64,000 nucleotides of DNA from an uncultured beta proteobacterium (GCA_963743935.1 CAVURQ010000005.1:34625-98624); one strand, 5' to 3'. Counted from the first letter of the stretch, positions 51,610 to 61,693 are shown. A program made the numbers and translations. Notes: a model not told the origin generated them from the letters alone.

Positions 51610-52836
51610 TCAATCCCGCTGCAGCGTGAACTGCATGACGTTGGTGTTGCCGGTGGCAAACGCGGCTTCGCAATAGGCCAGGTAGAACTCCCAGATGCGC
51701 ATGAAGCGCGCATCGAAGCGCAAGCGGCGCACGGCGGCCTCCTGCGCCAGGAAACGCACGCGCCAGCGGCGCAGCGTCTCCGCGTAGTCCTCGCCGAAGC
51801 TCAGTTCGTTGACGATGCGCAGCCCGGCACGCGCCGCTTGTTCGCGGAAGGCCGACGCGCTGGGCAGCAGGCCGCCGGGGAAGATGTACTGCTGGATGAA
51901 ATCGGTGGAATCGACGTAGCGTGCAAACAGGTCGTCGCGGATGGTGATGCTCTGGATGCAGGCGCGGCCGCCCGGCTTGAGCAGCTGATGCAGCTTGGCG
52001 AAGAAGCCCGGCCAGTACTTGCGACCCACGGCCTCGAACATCTCGATCGAAGCCACCGCGTCGTAGGGCCCGTCGCCGAGGTCGCGATAGTCCTGCAGCC
52101 GCAGCTCGGCCTTGTGATCCAGGCCCTGGGATTGCAGGCGCGAACGCGCAAAGTCGAGTTGCTCGACGGACAGCGTCACCCCCGTGACACGGGCGTCGTA
52201 GTGGCGCGTGGCGTACTCGGCCAGGCCGCCCCAGCCGCAGCCGATTTCCAGCACACGCTGGCCGGGCTGGACCTGGCATTCGTCCAGCGCGCGCTTGACC
52301 TTGGCCCATTGCGCCTGCGCGAGGTCGCGGCTCGGATCGCCCTCGAACCAGGCGGCCGAATAACTCATCGTCTCGTCCAGCCACAACTTGTAGAACGGAT
52401 TGCCCAGGTCGTAATGGGCATGGATGTTCTTGCGGCTGCCGCGCCGCGAGTTGCCGTTGAGCAGATGCTTCACCCGGTACAGCAGCGAGCCCCACCAGCT
52501 GCCGTAGATGGCGGATTCGACCGCGTCGCGGTTGGCGATGAAGACCTTCAGCAGTTCCACCAGGTCGGGCGAGCTCCAGTCCTCGTCGATGAAACTTTCG
52601 GCAAAGCCGATGTCGCCGCTGCGCAAAGCCGCGCTGCAGACCTTCCAGTTGCGCAGCCGCATCGCACCACGCGGTTCATGATCGGCGCCGCTGCCGAAAT
52701 GCGCGGAGGCGCCGTCGGGCAGTTGCAGGTCGAGCGTGCCGGTACGCAACTGGCGCAACAAGCCGAAGGCGGCGCGTGCGGATGGCGGTGCCGATTCGGG
52801 CAATGACAGGGGCGGGGCGGTGGTGCTACGGCTCAT
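51610..52836 (-). CDS. Cyclopropane-fatty-acyl-phospholipid synthase family methyltransferase (UfaM-like)
   Basis: GDIGFAES, NIHAHYDLGN, LEIGCGWGG, SIEMFEAVG, FIQQYIFPGG, YAETL, YLAYCEAAF. Confidence 0.93.
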   Translation of the reverse strand: MSRSTTAPPLSLPESAPPSARAAFGLLRQLRTGTLDLQLPDGASAHFGSGADHEPRGAMRLRNWKVCSAALRSGDIGFAESFIDEDWSSPDLVELLKVFIANRDAVESAIYGSWWGSLLYRVKHLLNGNSRRGSRKNIHAHYDLGNPFYKLWLDETMSYSAAWFEGDPSRDLAQAQWAKVKRALDECQVQPGQRVLEIGCGWGGLAEYATRHYDARVTGVTLSVEQLDFARSRLQSQGLDHKAELRLQDYRDLGDGPYDAVASIEMFEAVGRKYWPGFFAKLHQLLKPGGRACIQSITIRDDLFARYVDSTDFIQQYIFPGGLLPSASAFREQAARAGLRIVNELSFGEDYAETLRRWRVRFLAQEAAVRRLRFDARFMRIWEFYLAYCEAAFATGNTNVMQFTLQRD

Positions 52837-52876
52837 GTCGGGTGGCTGAATGCTTGGGGTCGATGGGTGGATGGCT

Positions 52877-53692
52877 TCATCGCGTGACGAAGTCCTCGGG
52901 CGGTGCCGGCTTCTTCACATACGGCACCTGCTTCAGCCATACGCGCAGGGCCTGCCAGTGGATTCGTGCGATCACGCCGAAGCTCATCATCGGCATGCCG
53001 AAGAACGCGCGGTGCACGCTGGCACGCGTCAGCGGCGCGAGCCGGCCCGACAGGCTGGTCTGCAGCAGCGCGCCGCCGGCGTCCTCATGGTCGATGCGGG
53101 CGATGCAGCGCGCACCATCGGGTGAGGGCGCGCGCATGAAGCGGAAACGGTAGCTGCCGGTGACGTGGCTGAAGGGCGAGACGTGAAACACCTTGCGCGC
53201 CTGCAGGTCGCGCCCGTAGGCCAGGTGCTCGCCTGCCAGCAAGTAGCAGTGGCGCTCGCCGAAGGTGTTGTTGACCTCGACCAGGATCGCTGCCAGCGAG
53301 CCGTCGGCGCGCTCGCAGTGCCAGAAGCTCACCGGCTTGAAGACATAACCCAGCACGCGCGGGTAGGTCTGCAGCCAGGCTTCGCCATCGGCGTCGTGAA
53401 TGCCCTCGGCGTGCAGCACCTCGTCCAGCCAGGCCAGCGCGTCCGCGCGGCCGTCGCCGTGGTCGCGGTCATGGAAGGAGAGCAGGCCGAAGCGGTTGCG
53501 CCGCAGCTCGGCGCAGGCTTGGGTGCGCAGGCGGCGCATCGGCAGCATGAGGAAGTAGGTGCGGTACTCGAAGGCATTGGCGGCCGGGCGCAGGCGGCGG
53601 TGGCGCACCACGCCGGTTGCGATCGACGCGCAGGGCGGCGCCTTCGCCACGCTGGACGCAGCTTGGCCAATGTCGTTGCCCGGCGCCGTCAT
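52877..53692 (-). CDS. DUF1365-family protein (UfaO-like)
   Basis: HRRLRP, PRVLGYVFKPVSFW, EVNNTFGERH, KVFHVSPF, IHWQALR. Confidence 0.9.
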   Translation of the reverse strand: MTAPGNDIGQAASSVAKAPPCASIATGVVRHRRLRPAANAFEYRTYFLMLPMRRLRTQACAELRRNRFGLLSFHDRDHGDGRADALAWLDEVLHAEGIHDADGEAWLQTYPRVLGYVFKPVSFWHCERADGSLAAILVEVNNTFGERHCYLLAGEHLAYGRDLQARKVFHVSPFSHVTGSYRFRFMRAPSPDGARCIARIDHEDAGGALLQTSLSGRLAPLTRASVHRAFFGMPMMSFGVIARIHWQALRVWLKQVPYVKKPAPPEDFVTR

Positions 53693-54987
53693 GCCGCCAC
53701 CGCCATGGCCGGGTGGCTGGCCATGCGCTCGTGCAGCGCCGCGCTGACCGCCAGACCCGACATCAGGCCGTCTTCATGAAAGCCGTAGCGCGTCCAGGCG
53801 CCGCAGAACCAGGTGTTCGAACGGCCCTGGATCTGCGGCAGGCGCTGCTGCGCCTCGATGGCAGCGGCGTCGAAGACCGGGTGGCTGTAGTCGTATTCAC
53901 CGACGACCTTGGCCGGGTCGGGCTGGCGCGCCGGGTTCAGCGACACCACCACAGGCGTGCTCCACGGCAGCGGTTGCAGGCGGTTGATCAGGTAGTGCAG
54001 GCACACGGCGGATTGCTCCTGCGAGGCCGCGGCGGCGCGCTCGTAGTTCCATGCGGCCCAGGCCAGGCGGCGCTTGGGCAGCACAGTGGTGTCGGTGTGC
54101 AGCAGCGCGCGGTTCGGCTGGTAGCGCACGGCGCCCAGCACCGCGCGCTCGGCATCGCTGGCGTCGGCCAGCAGTTGCAGGCTCTGGTCGCTGTGGCAGG
54201 CGAGCACGAGTTCGTCGAACTGCTCGGTGCCGGCATCCGTGCTCACGCGCACGCCGCCCTGCACGCGGCGCACGCTGCGCACAGGGCTGCGCAGGCGCGC
54301 GTCGGCGATGCCCGCCAGCATCTTGCGCACATACACACGCGATCCGCCGGCCACGGTGAACCACTGCGGCCGGTTGCTGACCTGAATCAGCCCGTGGTTG
54401 TGGCAGAAGCGAATCATCGTCGCCACCGGAAAGCGCAGCATCTGGTCGGTCGGGCATGACCAGATGCAGCCCAGCATCGGCAGCAGGTACCAATCGCGGA
54501 AGGCCGTGCCGAAGGCGTGTCGGTCGAGAAAGTCCGCGATCGGTTCGGTCAGCGACACGTCGTCGCCTCCTTCCGCCAGGCCGCGGGCCAGGCGGTTGAA
54601 GCGCAGAATTTGCGCCAGCATGCCGATGAAACGTGGCCGCAGCAGGTTGCTGCGCTGTGCGAACACGGTGTTCAGGTCGCAGCCGCTCCACTCGATGTCC
54701 TGCTGCGGCACCTGCACGGAAAAGGACATCTCCGACGCGACCGTGGGCACGCCCAGCCGGTCGAACAGTTCCACCAGGCGCGGATAGGTGCGGTGGTTGA
54801 AGACCAGAAACCCCGTGTCCACGCCGTGGCGCACGCCGTTCAAGCGCAGATCCACGGTATGGCTGTGGCCGCCAAAATGTTCGCCGGCCTCGAACAGCGT
54901 GAGCTGCGAGCTCGGTGCCAGCGCGTGCGCCACCGACAGGCCGCTGATGCCCGAGCCGACGACGGCGATGCGACGCAGGGCCAACAT
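53689..54987 (-). CDS. FAD-dependent oxidoreductase, amine-oxidase family (UfaD-like)
   Basis: IAVVGSGISGL, GGHSHT, VDTGFLVFNHRTYP, AWAAWNY, WFCGAWTRYGFHEDG. Confidence 0.92.
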   Translation of the reverse strand: MLALRRIAVVGSGISGLSVAHALAPSSQLTLFEAGEHFGGHSHTVDLRLNGVRHGVDTGFLVFNHRTYPRLVELFDRLGVPTVASEMSFSVQVPQQDIEWSGCDLNTVFAQRSNLLRPRFIGMLAQILRFNRLARGLAEGGDDVSLTEPIADFLDRHAFGTAFRDWYLLPMLGCIWSCPTDQMLRFPVATMIRFCHNHGLIQVSNRPQWFTVAGGSRVYVRKMLAGIADARLRSPVRSVRRVQGGVRVSTDAGTEQFDELVLACHSDQSLQLLADASDAERAVLGAVRYQPNRALLHTDTTVLPKRRLAWAAWNYERAAAASQEQSAVCLHYLINRLQPLPWSTPVVVSLNPARQPDPAKVVGEYDYSHPVFDAAAIEAQQRLPQIQGRSNTWFCGAWTRYGFHEDGLMSGLAVSAALHERMASHPAMAVAA

Positions 54988-55039
54988 TTCAGCCCCTGCA
55001 GCGCTGGGCGCTCGCCCGCGAGCCATGGACACAGTGAAC

Positions 55040-55225
55040 ACGAGGCATGATCGAATGACAGGCCGAAGAGTTGATTTGAACTGTAGAGTATATATTCTGA
55101 ACTCATCGGGCGCGATTTGTCTCTACTGGTAACTCGGTATCCCTTGCATTTGAAGGGCCAAGGTCGCGGTGCCCAATGCGGACAATGGTCCATAGAATGG
55201 GCTGAATCGCCTTCAGGTCTGCGCC
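55040..55225. promoter_or_regulatory. AT-rich divergent promoter region between the lipid operon and the diiron gene
   Basis: TTGATT-N16-TATTCT on +; TGAACT direct repeat (55077, 55098); GGAC-AATG-GTCC inverted repeat near 55180. Confidence 0.4.
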
Positions 55226-56104
55226 ATGCTGTATCCCGAACTCTTCAAGCAACTCGAAGCCGTGCGCTGGAGCATGGACACGGACATTCCGTGGGATCGC
55301 TTCGACGCGGCCAGCCTGAGCGACGAGCAGGCGCAGACCATCAAGATGAACGCCATCACCGAATGGGCGGCGTTACCGGCGACCGAGATGTTCCTGCGCG
55401 ACAACCGTGGCGACAGCGATTTCTGCGCCTTCATGAGCGTGTGGTTCTTCGAGGAACAGAAACACTCGCTGGTCTTGATGGAGTACCTGCGGCGCTTCCG
55501 GCCCGAGCTGGTGCCCACCGAGCAAGAGCTGCACGAGGTGCGCTTCGAGTTCGACCCCGCGCCGGCGCTGGAAACGCTGATGATGCATTTCTGCGGCGAG
55601 ATCCGGCTCAACCACTGGTATCGGCGCGCGGCCGAATGGCACACCGAGCCGGTCATCCGCCACATCTACGAAACCCTGGCCAAGGACGAGGCGCGCCACG
55701 GCGGCGCCTATCTGCGCTACATGAAGCGCGCGATGCATCGATTCGGCGACGAGGCGCGCGCCGCCTTTGCCAAGGTGGGCGTGCTGATGGCCAGCGCGCG
55801 CCGCACCGCGCAGGCGCTGCACCCGACCAACCTGCACGTCAACGCCTCACTGTTCCCGCGCGACACGGTGCAAAGCCGGCTGCCCGACCCGGCCTGGCTG
55901 GAACATTGGCTGGACAAGCAGATCCAGTTCGACGCGGTGTGGGAGACCAAGGTGGTCGAGCGCATCCTGCACAACATGAGCCTGCTGCTCGAACGCAGCT
56001 TCGCCAGCGTGCAGGAACTGAACCGCTACCGCAAGGAAGTCACTGCCCGGCTGGCCTCGGCCGCCGCGGCGCTGCCGCCGACGACGCAGGCGCAGCCGGG
56101 CTGA
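55226..56104 (+). CDS. Ferritin-like diiron protein (acyl-ACP desaturase-like)
   Basis: Diiron ligands ITEW…EEQKH…GEIR…DEARH. Confidence 0.85.
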   Translation: MLYPELFKQLEAVRWSMDTDIPWDRFDAASLSDEQAQTIKMNAITEWAALPATEMFLRDNRGDSDFCAFMSVWFFEEQKHSLVLMEYLRRFRPELVPTEQELHEVRFEFDPAPALETLMMHFCGEIRLNHWYRRAAEWHTEPVIRHIYETLAKDEARHGGAYLRYMKRAMHRFGDEARAAFAKVGVLMASARRTAQALHPTNLHVNASLFPRDTVQSRLPDPAWLEHWLDKQIQFDAVWETKVVERILHNMSLLLERSFASVQELNRYRKEVTARLASAAAALPPTTQAQPG

Positions 56105-56119
56105 AGCCCGGCGCGAGCT

Positions 56120-56785
56120 TCAGCTCTTCTTCGCGGCTTCGGCCGCCATGCGCTCGGCATCGGCCTTGCGGTCGGCCGCCACGCGCTGCGCGCTGGGGCG
56201 CTCGCCAACCAGCTTGACGTAGGCTTTCCAGTCGATGCCGGCGGCGGCCAGCATGTCTTCGCCGAACACCGCCTTGCTCGCCATGGCCACGCCCGGCAGG
56301 CTGGCCCAGGCGGCGCAGTCGGCTTGCGTGAAGGTGTCGCCCGCCAGGTAGGGCGAGAACTTCGCCAGGCGCTTGAAGCCGGCGATGTGCCTGGGCAGCA
56401 GCTTGCGCACGCGTTCGCGCGTCTCCTCGCTGACCGTGCCGCCGAAGAACGCCTGCGCATACAGCTCGCGCGCCACCAGTTCCAGGTGCAGCTCGATGAA
56501 GGTCACCAGCTCGCGCACCTTGGCCGCTTGCCACGGATCGGCCGGCGTCAGCGGGTTTTGCGGCGACAGCGCCTCCAGGTAGTCGACGATGACCTGGCTT
56601 TCGCACAGCGCGCCTTGCTCGGTGCGGATGTACGGAATCTTGCCCAGCGGCGTGCAGCCCAGCACGGCCTCGTCCTTCGACTTGGTCATGACGCGCTCTT
56701 CGGTGAAGGGGATGCCCTTTTCGAGCAGCACCATCTTCACCTTGTTGTAGTAGTTGGACAGCGAAAAGCCGCACAGCGTGATCAT
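56120..56785 (-). CDS. Glutathione S-transferase
   Basis: SNYYNKV, PLGKIP, LCESQVI, GDTFTQAD; AAGGAG RBS. Confidence 0.9.
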   Translation of the reverse strand: MITLCGFSLSNYYNKVKMVLLEKGIPFTEERVMTKSKDEAVLGCTPLGKIPYIRTEQGALCESQVIVDYLEALSPQNPLTPADPWQAAKVRELVTFIELHLELVARELYAQAFFGGTVSEETRERVRKLLPRHIAGFKRLAKFSPYLAGDTFTQADCAAWASLPGVAMASKAVFGEDMLAAAGIDWKAYVKLVGERPSAQRVAADRKADAERMAAEAAKKS

Positions 56786-56817
56786 GTGAGTCTCCTTTGT
56801 GTTGGGGGTGGATCAGT

Positions 56818-57445
56818 CTAAGGCGGAGGCGGCCGGGCCCGGTGGCGAAGCGCCAGCAGCGTGACGAGCGTGAACACGGCGCCGGCGATCGAGCCGCTGG
56901 CATGCGCCAGCGGCGCCACGGCCACGTCCAGTTCCGTCGGCGGGTGCAGGGCCGCGCCCCAGGGTTCTTCGACCAGCAGCTTGACGCCCTGGCCGATCAG
57001 CATCATCCAGCCGATGGTGCGCTGCGCGCCCTGGCCGCGCATCACCAGCCAGACCGTGGCTGCGGCCACGCCCGCATGCAGCACGCCGGACAGTCCGCCG
57101 TAATGCGCCAGCTCGGGCTTGGCAAGCAGTGCCAGGTGCGTGAAGGGCCAGGTCGCCAGCCAGGCCCATGCCACGGCACGCGGCACCCGCGCGGCCCAGC
57201 CGTAGGCGGCCACCAGCGCGGTGGCCAGCAGGTTGGCCAGAAGGTGCATTACCGACCAATGCACGAAACGCCGCGCTCCACCAGCGCCAGGGTTCGGCCC
57301 AGGCCAGTTGCGGTTGCCAATCGATGGCGCCGCTGTCCGTCCACCAGGCCAGCACCGCGCCCGCGGCCAGCAGCGCCGACAGCAGCAACCACAGCGCGCC
57401 GGGACGGGCCAGCGCTGCCACGCGGGCATCCACAGCGGGCGTCAA
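56818..57445 (-). CDS. Rhomboid-family intramembrane protease, rhombosortase-like (frameshift near 57270)
   Basis: EPWRWW, HWS..HL..N, YGGLSGVLH (catalytic Ser), AHASG (catalytic His). Confidence 0.8.
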
Positions 57446-57520
57446 GCGGTCACGCCCGGATCATGCCGTCGTGGCGGCGATGGCCGCCGCCGCACGCGCA
57501 GCCAACGGCCCAGCGAAGCC

Positions 57521-60257
57521 TCAGCCAAAGACGGCGCGCCACAGCGCGAGCACGGCGTCGGCCTGCGGCGCCAGCGTCTTCGGCTCGAACTGGGTCGGCT
57601 GCTCATCCAGTCTGGCCATGTGCTGCGCGCGGCGCAGCTCGCGGTAGGCGTCTGCAGCGCTTTGGCCCACACCCGCGGGCAAAAGCCGCGCCTCTTCGGC
57701 ACGCTGAAGCAAGGCGATGTTGCCGACGTTGTCGAGCAGCCCCGGTTGCTCGGCGCCCTTGGCGAGCACCAGGTACTGCACCGCAAACTCCACATCCATC
57801 ATGCCGCCGGGGCTGTGCTTCACGTCGAACACGCCGGCCCGCACCGGATGGGCGCTGCGCACCTTCTCGCGCATGACGCGGATCTCGTCGCGCAAGGCGG
57901 CGGCATCGCGCGCCGCACCCAGCACCACACGGCGCACGGCTTCGAAACGCCCCGCCAGCTCGGGTGTGCCGGCACAGAAGCGCGCCCGCGTGATGGCCTG
58001 GTGCTCCCAGGTCCAGGCGGTATTGCTGCCGCGACCGGACTGGTAGCGCTCGAAGGCTTCGATCGAGGTGACGAGCAGCCCCGAGCCGCCGTTCGGCCGC
58101 AGCGCGGTGTCGATGTCGAACAGCTCGCCCGCCGCGGTGCGCAGCGTCAGCCAGGAGATGAGCTTGCGCACATAGTTGCCGTAGACCTCCTGTGCGCGGT
58201 CCTTGTCCTCTTCGTCGCTGTCGTCGTAGAGGAAGACCACGTCCAGGTCGCTGCCGTAGCCCAGCTCCTTGCCGCCGAGCTTGCCGTAGGCGATGACGGC
58301 AAAACGCGGCGTCTCGCGGTGGCGTTGCCGCAGCAGTTCCCAGGCCCAGCGCAGCGTGGTCTGCAGCACCGCATCGGCCAGCGCCGACAGGTCGTCGGCG
58401 ACTTGTTCGACCGTCAAATCGCGCTCGACGTCGCGCACCAGCGTGCGAAACAGTTCGGCATGGTGCGCGTGGCGCAGCGTGTCCATCAGCCACTCTTCGC
58501 TGGCCTGGCCGGAACGCGCCCAGGCTTCGTGGCGCGATTGCAGGTCGGCCGTGAACAGCGCCGCGTCGAAGCGGCCGCGCTGCAGGCGCTCGTCGGCCAA
58601 CTCGTCGATCACACCCGGATGGCGCATCAGGTATTGCATCGGCCAGCGCGCCATGCCCAGCAGCCGCAGCAGCCGCTGCTGCACGGCGGGGCGCTCGACC
58701 AGCAGCGCCAGATAACTTTCGCGCTTGAGCAGCGGCTCGATCCAGTCGATGAAGCGCAGCACCGCGCTGATGGTGCAGCGCCCATCGGCCACACATTCGG
58801 CCGCGCGCGTGACGAGCCGGCCCAGGCGCAGCTTGCTTTCGTCGCGCAGCGCGGCCACGCGCGGGTGCTGGGCCCAAAGGCGCACACGTTCGGCCAGTTC
58901 GCGTCGGCAGCTTGTCGAGCAGCTGCTCGCTGTCCACCGGCAACGCCGCCGTGCCGCAGGACCCACAACCGTTGCGAGCGCCGACAGCGCTGGAGGAGGA
59001 TTGGCCGTCGTGCAGCAGCGCATCGAATTCGGTGGCCACGAACTCGCGCACTTCGCCCAGCCGGTCGAGCAGCTGGCAGGCATCGCCGGGGCCGGATGGG
59101 CCCAGGCTGCCGGCGATCCAGCTCAAGTCGGCATCGACCGTCGGCAGCAGGTGCGTCTGCTGGTCGTCCAGGTACTGGATGCGGTGCTCGACACGGCGCA
59201 GGAAGATGTAGCACTCGGCCAGACGCTCGGCGGTGGCCGGCTTCATCAGCGCGCGCGCGCCCAGGCGCTGCAGGCTCTTCAAGGTCGAACGCGTGCGGAT
59301 TTCGGGGAACTGCCCGCCGCGCGCGACCAGCATCAACTGCACGATGAACTCGATCTCGCGGATGCCGCCGCGCGACAGCTTCACGTCGTTGGCGCGCTCG
59401 GGCCGCCCGGCGGCGCGGCGCTGTGCTTCGTCGCGGATCTTGCGGTGCAACTGGCGCAGGCCTTCGAACACGCCGTAGTCCAGATAGCGGCGATAGACAA
59501 AGGGCGTCACGAGTTCGCGCAGCGCCAGCGCACGCCCACTGACCACGCTGGCGCGCGGGGCCACCACGCGGCTCTTCAGCCAGGCAAAACGCTCCCACTC
59601 GCGGCCCTGCACCTGAAGGTACTCCTCCAGCATCTGCAGGCTGCACACCGGCGGGCCGGAGTTGCCGTTGGGGCGCAACGCGAGGTCGACGCGAAAGACG
59701 AAGCCGTCGTCGGTGGTCTCGCCGATCAGCGTGTACAGCCGCTTGGCCACGCCGGCAAAGAACTCGTGCGCGCTGATGCGCTGCGGACCGGTTGTTTCGC
59801 CCTCGTCCTCATAGACATAGATCAGGTCGATGTCGGAGGACACGTTCAACTCGCGCGCGCCGAGCTTGCCCATGCCGACGATCCAGAACTCGATGGGCCG
59901 GCCCTGCGCGTCCAGCGGTGCGCCGTGGCGCTCTTGTGCATCGGCCAGCGCCTGCGCCAGTGCCAGCTCCAGGGTCGCCTCGGCGAGTGCCGTCATGCAG
60001 CCGGTGATGGTGTCCAGCGGCGCGTCCTGCTCGATGTCCAGGCAGGCCAGCCGTTCCAGGCACAGTTGGCGCGCCACGCGCATGGCGCAGCCGAGTGTGC
60101 GTCCGCCGTCCTGCAGGCGTTGCACCAGCGCGGTCAAGGCCGCGTTGTCGGGCGCGCCCGGCGGCAGCAAGGGCAACTCATCGACATAACGCCGCCGTAT
60201 CCGCTGCACGAAGCGGCTGTGCGCCGCCTCGACCTGACGAAGGGGCGTTGAAGTCAT
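57521..60257 (-). CDS. glnE: Glutamine synthetase adenylyltransferase/deadenylase (frameshift near 58900)
   Basis: GMGKLGARELNVSSDIDL, RVDLALRPNG, GGIREIEF and second domain AYGKLGGKELGYGSDLD, IDTALRP, GGMMDVEF. Confidence 0.93.
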
Positions 60258-60510
60258 GCGGAGGGCGCGAATGCCTGCAACTGCGGTGGGCGGGCAAAGA
60301 GCATGTTCGTCATGGCGGGGTGGGGCGCGGCGCTGGGCGATTCTGCCGCACATCGAGACAAGGCGTCGGGCTTGCGCCAGGGCTGCGAACGAAGGCAAGG
60401 CGGACCCCTGCCTGATGACCCAGCGCGCCTGCACAATCGGCGCAAAGCGCCCCAAGCTGCACGCGGCAGGGCGCACCGCACCCGCGCCCGCCGAAGCCAA
60501 GGATTTGCCC

Positions 60511-61312
60511 ATGAACATCGCTGCCCTGCAGATGGTCTCCACCCCGGAGGTGGCACGCAACCTCGATGCCGCCGCCGCGCTGATTGGCGCGCGCCGCGGC
60601 GCAAGGCGCGCAGCTGGCGGCGCTGCCCGAATACTTCTGTCTGATGGGGCGGCGCGACGACGACAAGCTGGCCGTCGCCGAAGCGCCGGGGGACGGACCG
60701 ATCCAGCGCTTTCTGTCCGATCAGGCGCGCGAGCACGGCCTGTGGCTCGTCGGCGGCACCCTGCCGCTGCGCGAGCCGGGCAAGACCCGCGTGCGCAACA
60801 CCTGCCTGGTGTTCGCGCCCGACGGCAGCCAGGCCGCGCGCTACGACAAGATGCATCTCTTCGCCTTCGACAACGGCCGCGAGCAGTACGACGAAGGGCG
60901 TGTGCTCGAACCGGGCGACAAGCTGGTGGCGTTGCAGGCCGGTGCACTGCGCGTCGGCCTGAGCGTGTGCTACGACCTGCGCTTTCCCGAGCTGTATCGC
61001 ACGCTGATGCGTCCGCCCTGCGATCTGCTGTGCGTGCCCGCGGCCTTCACCTACACGACGGGACAGGCGCACTGGGAACTGCTGCTGCGCGCCCGCGCGG
61101 TCGAGAACCAGTGTTATGTGCTCGCGCCGGCGCAGGGCGGCACGCACGAGAACGGCCGGCGCACCTGGGGCCACAGCCTGATCGTCGACCCCTGGGGCGA
61201 GGTGCTGGCGATGCAGGCCGAAGGCGAGGGTGTGGTCATGGCCGTGGTGGATGCGAAGCGGCTGGAGTCGGTGCGCGCGCAGCTTCCGGCGCTGGGGCAC
61301 CGACGGCTCTGA
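60511..61312 (+). CDS. Carbon-nitrogen hydrolase (Nit1-like) (frameshift near 60586)
   Basis: MNIAALQMVS; LPEYF, YDKMHLF, VCYDLRFPE (E-K-C triad); WGHSLIVDPWG. Confidence 0.9.
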
Positions 61313-61390
61313 GGGGCGGCCCGCGCAGGCCGCAGGGCGCGCAAGCGCCATCGGCGCAGCCCCGGTTTCCCCCGATGGGCGCGCGGCGCG

Positions 61391-61423
61391 ATGTTCCGTT
61401 AAAATCAGGAACATTCCGGGAAC
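61391..61423. promoter_or_regulatory. Putative operator flanking a -10 element
   Basis: ATGTTCC-GTTAAAATCA-GGAACAT inverted repeat around TAAAAT, plus a third GGAACA half-site, just before ATG 61430. Confidence 0.55.
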
Positions 61424-61429
61424 AAGCTC

Positions 61430-61693
61430 ATGGCCACAAAACGTTCATCTGCACCTGCTGTTTCAGAAACCGGTCAGCGCCTGCGTCAGACCCAGGCCGA
61501 GTACACGGCGGCCCGGCCGTCGACCGGGCCCGGCGCCAAGCCGATGATGTCCAGCTCGAAGATGTATGTCTGCCGCCGCTGCCAGGCCAACTTCAAGACG
61601 GGCGATGGCAAGCCCGACCCGCGGTTGCCCGGCTTGGGCAAGTGCAACAAGTGCCTGGACGCTGCGGCGGCCACTGCCGCGATCGCGGCCTGA
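61430..61693 (+). CDS. Small hypothetical C4 zinc-ribbon protein
   Basis: YVCRRC…GKCNKC (CxxC-x20-CxxC); GC3-rich codons in the 3' half; alternative start at 61544. Confidence 0.6.
   Translation: MATKRSSAPAVSETGQRLRQTQAEYTAARPSTGPGAKPMMSSSKMYVCRRCQANFKTGDGKPDPRLPGLGKCNKCLDAAAATAAIAA

Noticed and set aside
55021-55140. RpoE(ChrR)-type or LitR/CarH site upstream of the furan-lipid-like operon
   Set aside because: No correctly spaced TGATC…CGTA promoter on the minus strand and no convincing tandem operator array; the regulator is left unassigned.
61409-61423. GAAC-N7-GAAC alphaproteobacterial-type SOS box
   Set aside because: The host looks betaproteobacterial (LexA box CTGT-N8-ACAG); the match is better explained as part of the ATGTTCC/GGAACAT repeat.
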